Origin: an uncultured Desulfohalobiaceae bacterium
GTDB taxonomy: Bacteria; Desulfobacterota; Desulfovibrionia; Desulfovibrionales; Desulfothermaceae
Length of the DNA: 64,000 nucleotides
Direction: 5' to 3'
Assembly (NCBI GenBank): GCA_964403955.1
Contig: CAYOID010000006.1
Span: 3,867-67,866, forward strand
A model generated the notes under the pieces. The model searched no databases. It worked only from the letters and a program-made list of their open reading frames with translations, and was not told where the DNA came from. Each line of letters begins with the position of its first letter. The first letter of the stretch is position 1. This document shows positions 34,282-42,055 of the stretch, piece after piece. A program made the position numbers and the translations under genes.

Positions 34282-34950
34282 TTACAGCGCCATGTGTGCC
34301 AATGCCTCACTGGTGCTTTGCGACGCATTGTCTGCTCTGTCGTGATCCTGGATCTCTGGAGTCTGGGTCAGGATTTCCGTGGCCAGCTCCATATTCTTGA
34401 CATCCTCCTCCACCCAGCGGCTCCTGATGGTCAGGAAGAAAAAGGCCAGCAGCCCCAGGGCCAGGCCGACCACGGTGGTGGTGAAGGCAATGACCAGGTC
34501 GGAGGTCAGCTTGGACATGTCCCCCTGACCCAGGGCAGCCAGTCCCGTGCCCATGGGGATCAATGTCCCGATGAGTCCCAGGCCCGGGGCCACCCGGACC
34601 AGGATGCGCAGGCGGTCAAGGGACTTCCAGACCCGCTGGGTGGCGTCCTGGAGAACGTTTTCCACCTTTTCCTCGGACCATGAGTGCCCTGCCAGGACCT
34701 TCTGCAGCCTGCGGACATAGCCCCTGCACCGTTGGGACAGGAAGGGGCCGTCCGGCTGGGCCTGGATCCTGTCCGGAAGGTTCTCCGGAAGGACCTTCTC
34801 CATTCGGAAACGTTCCAGCCATTCCGCGAAGAAGCCGCCTGCATAGACGATCATCCATACGATGAGGATGGCCAGCATGAAGAGGACCGGGAAGAGCAGC
34901 GAAGAGGAAACAAGGTAGATGAAGGTCTTTATGAACGCTCCGAGAGCCAT
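34282..34950 (-). CDS. MotA/TolQ/ExbB proton-channel family protein
   Basis: ORF track, 222 aa, containing ...APGLGLIGTLIPMGTGLAALGQGDM...VIAFTTTVVGL... Confidence 0.85.
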   Translation of the reverse strand: MALGAFIKTFIYLVSSSLLFPVLFMLAILIVWMIVYAGGFFAEWLERFRMEKVLPENLPDRIQAQPDGPFLSQRCRGYVRRLQKVLAGHSWSEEKVENVLQDATQRVWKSLDRLRILVRVAPGLGLIGTLIPMGTGLAALGQGDMSKLTSDLVIAFTTTVVGLALGLLAFFFLTIRSRWVEEDVKNMELATEILTQTPEIQDHDRADNASQSTSEALAHMAL

Positions 34951-35699
34951 GGGCGAAATCCTTTGCTGCGATGTTTGTGGGCCGCGTAGCCGACAGCGAA
35001 CGCGGTCAGGACAAAGACTGCCAGCCCTGCAGCCTGGGCAGGGCTGACCAGGGACTTTTCCCCTGGATAGGAGGCCAGACTGTAAATCTCATCCAGCTGG
35101 CTGAACTGGGGCATGACCATGACCGAAAGAAGAAAAAAGGCGGCCATGGACACCATGGCCCCACCCAGAAGCGACTCCGGAGATGTCTTGAAAACGGGGA
35201 ACAGGAGTGTGAGCAGCAGGGCTGTCACCAGCCCGGTCCCCACAAATCCGGCCCAGACCAGAACCAGGGAGATCACCCCGGCCTGGGGGAAGAAGGCCAG
35301 GAGCAAAGAGACATTGAAAAAAATCACCAGGGCGCAGACAGGACAGGGCATGACCAGAGCGATCCACCCCAGGCTCCTGTGCGATCCTGTCGTGGTTCTG
35401 CTGAGCAGAATCCAGCCCCAGACCAGGAGCAGCCCGGCCAGGAGGACATGGATGAGCATCCCGGACCGCATCACCTCCTGGAGCATCTGGAAGTGATTCA
35501 GGATGTTGACCTGCTCCAGAACCCAGAAGGACAGGGAGAACAGACCGGCATAGAGGACGGCGTAGGCGCACAGCCCCAGGACCTTGATTCGAACCCGGGC
35601 CTGGCTCGTCTTCAGGACATAGTGCAGACCGAGGCCGTTCTTGAGGGCAAAAATCCCCAGGGAGAAGGCCAGGCCCAGAATGAGGGCCTTGTATTCCAT
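34929..35699 (-). CDS. polytopic membrane protein, DUF2162-like
   Basis: Internal start MEYKALILGLAFSLGIFALKNG... It has about 7-8 hydrophobic helices and a CPVC motif (VMPCPVCALVIFF). It overlaps the MotA start by 22 nt. Confidence 0.6.
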   Translation of the reverse strand: MEYKALILGLAFSLGIFALKNGLGLHYVLKTSQARVRIKVLGLCAYAVLYAGLFSLSFWVLEQVNILNHFQMLQEVMRSGMLIHVLLAGLLLVWGWILLSRTTTGSHRSLGWIALVMPCPVCALVIFFNVSLLLAFFPQAGVISLVLVWAGFVGTGLVTALLLTLLFPVFKTSPESLLGGAMVSMAAFFLLSVMVMPQFSQLDEIYSLASYPGEKSLVSPAQAAGLAVFVLTAFAVGYAAHKHRSKGFRPWLSERS

Positions 35700-35846
35700 A
35701 GCGGAAACCGATCCCGTTGTTGTACCAGTCTGGAATTTTTTTCTGGACAAGGCTTCAAGTGAAAAAGGATTGGAGTGCGTGAATCCGTGTTCACGCACTC
35801 CAATCCATGAGCCATTTGCTCAATGCATCCAGTTCACATATTGAAA

Positions 35847-37832
35847 TCAGAACATGTATTCCACTCCAAGCACAAAGCTCCTGCCTGGCATGGGATAGCC
35901 TTTGACATAGGCATAGTCCTTGTCCAGAAGATTGTGGACTTCGCCCCGCAGGCTCAAATCCCCATAGGAGCCAAAATCCAGGATACGCTTTTCAACACTC
36001 AGGTTGGCCACGGTGAAACCGCCTTTCTCAATCACCGGAGCGGGGAAGCCGGATTCAAAATCCTGGATGTCCAGCTCACCGATGTAGGCAAAATTGAGCC
36101 TGGCCGAAAAACCGTCATAGTCTGAGACCATCAGTCCGTAGGACAGGTTCCATTCCGATGTGTACAGGAGATCTTCGTCAGTCTCCTCGTCCTCGAATTC
36201 AGTCAGGTAGGTGAAGTTGAAATAGGGCTTGATCTGCCAGTTCAGGTTCAGCAATGAAGCCACGTCATACGAGAGCTCGCCTTCGAAACCGGACACCGTG
36301 GCCTCGCCTACGTTGTCCCAGGTCTGCACACCGCCTTGACCAGCAACGCTGACAATTTTGTCTTCAAAATCAGTGTAAAAGTAGGTCAAAGAAGAATCGA
36401 AGGCTCCAAAGTACACATCAATGCCTGCTTCATAAGTTTCACTCTTTTCTGGGTCCAGATCCGGGTTGCCCTTAAAGGGCGTACCAAAGCCGCTGACAAA
36501 ATCAGCGGCCAGCTGCTGGGCGCTGGGCATTCTGAATCCCTGCCCATAGTTGGCCCTGAGCTTGATGTTCTCCAGTGGGAGATAGGCCATGCCCAGCTGA
36601 GGACTGAGATCATCGGCATCCTCAGTTCCGCCCTGTCCCTCCTTGACCTCGACTTCAAAATCATCGTAACGAGCCCCGCCGGAGAGGATGAGGCTGTCGT
36701 TCAGAAATCTGGCCTTGCCCAGAAGAAAGAAGGCCGGGTTGTCATACTCTGTTTTGACCGGGTCAAAATCCTGTTCAATGTCATAGTTGAGCCAATCCAC
36801 ACCTGCAGTCAGGCGATAAGGTTCTGGGTTCCAGGTCAACTGTGCCTGAGCTCCCTGATAGTCAGTGTTGTTTTCAAAGGGGATGCCGTCATCCCAAAAA
36901 TCCGGGTTGCTGGCCACTGGATCAACATTCTTGTTGTCGTCCTCACCCACAAAGTACCTGGCTTTCCAGGAGAACAGCCCGTCAGGTGTTGCACCGTCAT
37001 ACATGAAATCAAATGATTCGTTGGACTTGTCTGCGTAGTCGTCCAGGTCGTTCTGGCTCAGGTAGCTGGGCGTTCCAGCTTCATCGACCTCGAACGAGTT
37101 GACGATGACCCCGAGACGATTCTTGGGCAGGAACTCGTAGCCCAGATTCAGACTCACATTCACCTTTTCGTCGTAGCCGGTGTTGGCATACTCATCTCCA
37201 TCTGCCGTGTCGTAATCATCCATGGTGCTTCTGCTCACACTGCCGGAAAAGTCGAAGCCCTCCAGCGCTCCGGAAAAACCGGCCGAGATTTCCTCATGCC
37301 CAAAGCTGCCCAGCTCTCCCTGCACAAAAACCGATGGTTTGCCTTTGCCCTGCCTGGTGATCACATTGACCAGGCCTCCGATGGCAGATGAACCGTACTG
37401 CACGGAAGCCGGTCCGCGAATGATCTCCACCCGCTCTATGTTCTTAGTCATGATCTTGGCCAGATTTCCGGTGCCGATTCTGCGGCCATCGAGCAGGACA
37501 ATGACCTTGCCTTCCAAATCAATACCCATAGCATTGGTGCGAAATCCCCGAATTCCAATGGAGGTCAGGGTGCCCGGGTACTTGTTGACATAACCAATCC
37601 CTTGCTCGGCCAGCAGGTCACCCAAATCCCGCGCCGTTGACATCTTGATTTCCTGTTCCTCCAGAACTGTCACATGTGAGGTCACTTCCCGCTGAAACTC
37701 TTTGACCCGTCCAGCAGTGACCACCACTTCATCCAGTCTCGTGGTCGCATTGCCCGCTTGAGCGTTCATCGTTTGTGGAATGAACAACCCCATTGTCAAG
37801 AGGCAGAAAAGGAAAACACTTCGTTTGGCCAT
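35847..37832 (-). CDS. TonB-dependent outer-membrane receptor (BtuB-like by riboswitch context)
   Basis: ORF track, 661 aa. It has a signal peptide, the TonB box DEVVVTA, a plug domain, and ends ...SFVLGVEYMF. Confidence 0.92.
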   Translation of the reverse strand: MAKRSVFLFCLLTMGLFIPQTMNAQAGNATTRLDEVVVTAGRVKEFQREVTSHVTVLEEQEIKMSTARDLGDLLAEQGIGYVNKYPGTLTSIGIRGFRTNAMGIDLEGKVIVLLDGRRIGTGNLAKIMTKNIERVEIIRGPASVQYGSSAIGGLVNVITRQGKGKPSVFVQGELGSFGHEEISAGFSGALEGFDFSGSVSRSTMDDYDTADGDEYANTGYDEKVNVSLNLGYEFLPKNRLGVIVNSFEVDEAGTPSYLSQNDLDDYADKSNESFDFMYDGATPDGLFSWKARYFVGEDDNKNVDPVASNPDFWDDGIPFENNTDYQGAQAQLTWNPEPYRLTAGVDWLNYDIEQDFDPVKTEYDNPAFFLLGKARFLNDSLILSGGARYDDFEVEVKEGQGGTEDADDLSPQLGMAYLPLENIKLRANYGQGFRMPSAQQLAADFVSGFGTPFKGNPDLDPEKSETYEAGIDVYFGAFDSSLTYFYTDFEDKIVSVAGQGGVQTWDNVGEATVSGFEGELSYDVASLLNLNWQIKPYFNFTYLTEFEDEETDEDLLYTSEWNLSYGLMVSDYDGFSARLNFAYIGELDIQDFESGFPAPVIEKGGFTVANLSVEKRILDFGSYGDLSLRGEVHNLLDKDYAYVKGYPMPGRSFVLGVEYMF

Positions 37833-37964
37833 AACCTTCCTCCTTTCATGTGAAGAGCTTATGGCCCGGGACTTTGCCCGGACCAGCGCCTTTGAGAGCG
37901 ATCCGGGGATGTCCCTTTTTCATCCGCACTGATCATGCCGGGAACTGGTTCCGAGTCCCGGACA

Positions 37965-38130
37965 GACTTTTCTTCAGGCAGGTCTTCTGACTCTCGGATC
38001 GTCCTACTCGCCGCGCCTTCCCATCCGGCTCATGCCGGCAGTGGCTCTTTGCGGCTTTCGTCCCCGATCACAGCGGCGGGCCCGTCCCTGACTTGCACAG
38101 AGTTCCCTTTTCAGCCTGGCTTCGCTTGGT
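37965..38130 (-). promoter_or_regulatory. cobalamin (B12) riboswitch, copy 1
   Basis: The minus strand reads AAAAGGGAACUCUGUGCAAGUCAGGGACGGGCCCGCCGCUGUGAUCGGGGACGAAAGCCGCAAAGAGCCACUGCCGGCAUGAGCCGGAUGGGAAGGCGCGGCGAGUAGGACGAUCCGAGAGUCAGAAGACCUGCCUGAA. The GGGAA, GCCACUG and B12-box AGUCAGAAGACCUGCC elements are all present. Confidence 0.9.
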
Positions 38131-38235
38131 TTTCCTTGTTTCCAGCGAAGCGGGCACCTGAAGAAGCAGTAAGGTGCAGCCCCATGGGTGTGGTGGCATG
38201 AGGCTGCCTTTTTCAAAGAACGTTCATCGTTTTAT

Positions 38236-39141
38236 TTACTTGAAATGCGAAAAAGCCCCCTCGAGGTGGCCGACCCAGATGTCCACGATGTTGTCGAACT
38301 CGGCAGTGCCCTTGAGCACGGCCTCGGTCTCGATGCCTTCCTCGGCCAGGATCGCTGTCCAGGAGTCAGCCTCGTCACCGGCCATGTCGTTGCGCACATG
38401 GTCCCCGGCCACGGACATGAAAGGCATGAGCCAGGCCTTTTGAATGCCCCTGGACTTGAGCTCGGGCAGAATGTCCTCCAGGAGGGGTGCCCCCTCGACA
38501 ACAGCCACATAGACGTTGGGGTCCTTGCGCTGGAACTTGTAGGCCATGGCCTGGTAGAAGGCATTGCTGGGGTGGTGGGTGCCGTGGCCCATGAAAATCA
38601 CCGCCTCGTCAGCCTTGCGTTCCTCCGGGATGTTCTCCAGCATGGCCTCTCGGACCGCTTCCAGGTCATGGGAGGCAGCCAGGAGGGGGTAGCCCACCAG
38701 GATCTTGTCAAACCCGCCGGACATGGACTCGAACCCGTTGACCAGGGACATGAGGTCGTGGAACTCGGCCCCGCCGATGGTGTGCAGGGACTGAACCGCC
38801 ACATGGGTGAAGTCCTCATCCATCATCCTGGCCAGGGCCATGGCTGGCGAATCGAGGTCTTTGCCCTCTTTGGCCAGCTTGTGGCGGATGATCTTCGAAG
38901 TGTACCCCCAACGGACCGGAACCTCGGGAAAGGCCTTCCTGACTTCAGCCTCGATGTTCTCGAACGAGGCCTGGGCCTGGGGATAGCTGGACCCGAATGC
39001 CACCAGGAGGATACCCTTCTTGACCTCCTTCTTGTGCCCATGCCCGTGCCCGTGCCCATGCTCTCCGGCCCATCCCGAGCTGGCCAGCATGAGACTCACC
39101 ACAAACACAAACAGCATCTGCCTCAAGGACTTCAATTTCAT
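38236..39141 (-). CDS. cbiK: CbiK-type cobaltochelatase with signal peptide and (HG)n tract (periplasmic CbiK)
   Basis: Start is set at MKLKSLRQMLFVFVVSLMLASSGWAGEHGHGHGHGHKKE (RBS GGAGG). The motifs VIFMGHGTHHPSN...LMPFMSVAGDHVRNDMAGDEADSW fit CbiK. Confidence 0.85.
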   Translation of the reverse strand: MKLKSLRQMLFVFVVSLMLASSGWAGEHGHGHGHGHKKEVKKGILLVAFGSSYPQAQASFENIEAEVRKAFPEVPVRWGYTSKIIRHKLAKEGKDLDSPAMALARMMDEDFTHVAVQSLHTIGGAEFHDLMSLVNGFESMSGGFDKILVGYPLLAASHDLEAVREAMLENIPEERKADEAVIFMGHGTHHPSNAFYQAMAYKFQRKDPNVYVAVVEGAPLLEDILPELKSRGIQKAWLMPFMSVAGDHVRNDMAGDEADSWTAILAEEGIETEAVLKGTAEFDNIVDIWVGHLEGAFSHFK

Positions 39142-39173
39142 ACTTTTTTCCTCCACTTTTTTGAAAATATGGT

Positions 39174-39698
39174 TTATCCAGAGCTGCCCAACTTTCTCAA
39201 ATCGTACGACTTCCCCTGTCCCATGCTGATGGAGATGCGGTCCCCCTCATCCGACACAGTGGTCGTACCCAGGAGCTCCCGCATCGTCTCGCCATCCCAG
39301 AACCGGATCCAGTTGGGGAACTCGTCCCTCTTGTCGGAGTCCAGGATGTCTCCCACCTGGACCTTGCTCACCAGGCCCATGGAGTGCTGTGTTGACCCGG
39401 CTTTCAAGGTCAGATGGTAGTAGGAGAATGAATTGAAGAGGAGCTTGCCTTGCATCACCACCTCCCTGTTTGAGATGCAGCTGCCCAGAATGAAACGCAG
39501 CCGCATGAATTCAGAATCCAGTATCCAGCGCAGCCTCTGGCTGCGCTGGGTAGAGAACTCAATGCCAACACACTTCACGACAAACTGATGACCGGGGATA
39601 TTGTATTGATCCCTTTTTGATCGACGCCGCCCTTGCCCAGCCTCTGCTGCAGCGTTTTCTGCATCTTCAGGTTGACCCTGTTCCTGCACCACCGGCAC
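39174..39698 (-). CDS. hypothetical protein, distal part of a riboswitch-controlled ORF pair (possibly one frameshifted gene)
   Basis: ORF track, 174 aa, with a GTG start sitting on a G6 run. This frame opens only 8 codons upstream. There is no recognisable family, though RRRSKR...ISNRE is faintly PilZ-like. Confidence 0.45.
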   Translation of the reverse strand: MPVVQEQGQPEDAENAAAEAGQGRRRSKRDQYNIPGHQFVVKCVGIEFSTQRSQRLRWILDSEFMRLRFILGSCISNREVVMQGKLLFNSFSYYHLTLKAGSTQHSMGLVSKVQVGDILDSDKRDEFPNWIRFWDGETMRELLGTTTVSDEGDRISISMGQGKSYDLRKLGSSG

Positions 39699-39910
39699 CC
39701 CCCATGATCGAAATAGATATGGTCATGGACCTTTTGAAAGCTGAGATCCAGCCCGTTTCGGGGATGGACGTCGCCGTGTGTCCGCTGTCGGCACATGGCG
39801 TAGGACTCGACGCAGGCCGCCATCCACTCGTCCAGATCCTGGTGATCAGTAAAAAGACAACTCAAAGGTTCAGACCTGCTCAACCGCCATAAGTCCGTCT
39901 TCTGTCCCAT
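39575..39910 (-). CDS. hypothetical protein, proximal ORF directly behind riboswitch copy 2
   Basis: Internal ATG (RBS AGGAGG) gives MGQKTDLWRLSRSEPLSCLFTDHQDLDEWMAACVESYAMCRQRTHGD... It overlaps the next ORF by 124 nt in another frame. Confidence 0.5.
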   Translation of the reverse strand: MGQKTDLWRLSRSEPLSCLFTDHQDLDEWMAACVESYAMCRQRTHGDVHPRNGLDLSFQKVHDHIYFDHGGCRWCRNRVNLKMQKTLQQRLGKGGVDQKGINTISPVISLS

Positions 39911-39952
39911 GGAGCGCCTCCTGGGGATGCTGGCTGCATGTTTCGAAAAGCC

Positions 39953-39993
39953 CAAAAAAAATCCCCGGATCGAAGCAACTTCGATCCGGGGAT
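39953..39993 (-). terminator. intrinsic terminator of riboswitch copy 2 expression platform
   Basis: The minus strand reads AUCCCCGGAUCGAAG-UUGC-UUCGAUCCGGGGAU followed by U8. Confidence 0.8.
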
Positions 39994-40054
39994 GTCCCTT
40001 TTTTATCCACCGAAACCGGTCGGGCTCGTCTCCTGACCCGAAAGCGAGCGCCAA

Positions 40055-40215
40055 TTCTTCATTCAGGCAGGTCTTCTGACTCTCGGATCATCCTACTCGC
40101 CGCGCCTTCCCATCCGGCTCATGCCGGCAGTGGCTCCTTGCGGCTTTCGTCCCCGATCACAGCGGCGGGCCCGTCCCTGACTTGCACAGGGTTCCCTTTT
40201 CAGCCTTCACCGTCA
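40055..40215 (-). promoter_or_regulatory. cobalamin (B12) riboswitch, copy 2
   Basis: It has the same aptamer as copy 1, with 3 substitutions over ~145 nt (40062-40205 versus 37973-38116). GCCACUG and AGUCAGAAGACCUGCC are present. Confidence 0.9.
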
Positions 40216-40282
40216 GCAATGCTGGATTTACCAAGCATCCCATATCATTGGTGAAGTGCAACCCGAATGATCTTTTTCAAAT

Positions 40283-40312
40283 GATTTACATCTAAAATGA
40301 ACTCATGTCAAA
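40283..40312 (-). promoter_or_regulatory. candidate sigma70-type promoter for riboswitch copy 2
   Basis: The minus strand has TTGACA (40307-40312), an 18-nt spacer, and TAAATC (40283-40288). It is AT-rich and abuts the recombinase stop codon. Confidence 0.4.
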
Positions 40313-40882
40313 CTATCCTGCTCCAAGGCCAAGGTAGAGTTGGATCGCCATGGTGTCCTGGCTGTTGGCCAACTTGTACCCGCAGGCATGCCTTAATTGG
40401 TGCGGGTGGACCGGAAAGTCAAAGCCCGCCTTCTCTCCCGCTTTTCTCACAATCTTCTGCAGCGCCGAGACCTTGAGCGGCGCGTTTCTTTCCGAAGAAA
40501 ACACGAACTGGCTGTCAGGCAGCTCCCGAAAGAGCTTGCGCACAGCCCGAATTTCCTGACCTCTCAGGGGGTGAGTGCTGGGTACACCGATCTTGAGCCT
40601 GCTCACGTGGAGCAGGCCTCGGTCAAGGTCGAGCTGGGAGCGGCGCAGGCCTGCAGCCTTCCCCGCCCCCAGGCCGTGTGTGTACATCATCAATAATATG
40701 GTCCGATCACGGTGCCTTTGGCGCCCCACCTTCTCCGCAGTCTCGATAAGCAGCTTGGCCTCTTTCTGGGTCAGGTAGTCCCTGGGCCTGACCTGGCCGT
40801 TTTGAGGCCTTCCATACACTTTACGCTTTTCGAGTACTGACCTTCCTTGCTCACCTGATCTGGCCTCCCGGCTTGTCTGCAT
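40313..40882 (-). pseudogene. degenerate FimB/XerC-type tyrosine recombinase (C-terminally truncated)
   Basis: ORF track, 189 aa. HQLRHACGYKLAN is present, but the ORF ends IQLYLGLGAG before the catalytic Tyr region. The first catalytic Arg position reads HGLGAGK instead of HGLRxSE. Confidence 0.65.
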
Positions 40883-41180
40883 CGACCCATGAAAACTTTC
40901 TGCTTTCAGTATAGATTGAAGCCACCCAACCGGGAGAGAGCTGGCGAGATGAAGATTTTGGCAACGAAACAGGCATATTCAAGGAGCGAGAATGCTTGCC
41001 ATCGTCAAGACCATGGCGGCACGGCTCATCCTGATGTCTCTTTCCCAGCCAAGAATGGCTTTGGACGTGGCCACTGCGATAGACAACACGAAAGGAGTTT
41101 TCTCGAGGGTACCATATGGGTACCACAAAAATTTCACAAAAAAAGAGGTCCAGAGCTAAAGCTCTGAACCCCTGATTTTT

Positions 41181-41256
41181 CTGGTGCCGAGGGACAGAAT
41201 TGAACTGCCGACACGGGGATTTTCAGTCCCCTGCTCTACCGACTGAGCTACCTCGG
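41181..41256 (-). tRNA. tRNA-Phe (GAA)
   Basis: The reverse complement is GCCGAGGTAGCTCAGTCGGTAGAGCAGGGGACTGAAAATCCCCGTGTCGGCAGTTCAATTCTGTCCCTCGGCACCA, 76 nt. It folds as a cloverleaf with anticodon loop CUGAAAA. Confidence 0.95.
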
Positions 41257-41392
41257 CGCAAACAAAAAATCTGTCTACTAAAAAGAAGCTCAAAATGCAA
41301 GGTTCTCTGGGACACTTTTTTACAAAAGTCGTCTCCGGTGTCTTTTTGGGTATGGATTGCTTTGTCGACAAGGCTCTGGCATAGCAAGGCTG

Positions 41393-42055
41393 ATGGCAGA
41401 AATACGTCTTCACCCCTCAGGCCGGCTTGTCCTGGACGGCTCTGAACAAGAGACCGCCCAATCCAAAGCCTTGCGCACCCTGCAGGCAGCTTTTCGCAAA
41501 GACTGGCGAGCCGGGCTCTTCTGTCTGGCCGCAAACACATCGCTGAGCGATCTGCCCATGACCATGCGGTTCTGGCGGACCCTGGCCGCAGATTACCTGA
41601 CCAAGCTCTGTCATCTCCCAGATACGGACCAGGAGGTTTCTGTACAGCCTCCCAGCGCCTCCCAGCTTGCGCATTGGGTGTTGGCAGCCCCTCCAATGCC
41701 CGGCGGAGAGTACCTCTCTACGGATATGCTGACCCGGATCTGGAACAGCTTGACCATGTGGGGACTGGAGTCCATTACCGGGCACGGCGGTCTGGACACG
41801 TTCCTCCAGACCCGGGTCCCTGCTTGGAAGCGAGTCGGGAAGGTCGTGTTTCACCTGGCTGAAAACAAAAAGGACCAGAATCGCCCCTTTGCCTTCATGG
41901 CCACTTTCACCACCGGGATGGGTGCCGGGGGCACAGGGCTCAACCTGACGGCTGCCTCTCATGTCATCCATCTCCATCAAAATCGACCCGTTGAGCGCCG
42001 ACATCTGGGATGGGATCAAAAAACAGAGCTCCGGGCACATTGGTTCCTTGCTTGA
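41393..42055 (+). pseudogene. SNF2-family helicase remnant (N-terminal SNF2-associated region joined to a helicase-C fragment)
   Basis: The sequence MAEIRLHPSGRLVLDG...NRPFAFMATF jumps directly to TTGMGAGGTGLNLTAASHVIHL and then goes out of frame. The entire ATPase core is missing. Confidence 0.6.

Noticed and set aside
34240-34285. CT-rich low-complexity run (TCTTCTGTC-like units) next to the MotA stop
   Set aside because: The pyrimidine tract is short and imperfect, with no clear periodic unit. It is likely the tail of the adjacent repeat element.
39034-39063. Tandem hexanucleotide repeat (GTGCCC/ATGCCC x5)
   Set aside because: It is not an independent repeat feature or CRISPR-like array. 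It encodes the (HG)n tract of the secreted CbiK.
40851-41126. 91-aa minus-strand ORF between the recombinase remnant and tRNA-Phe
   Set aside because: It has no RBS and no recognisable motif, and it overlaps the recombinase start region. It is probably non-coding spacer.
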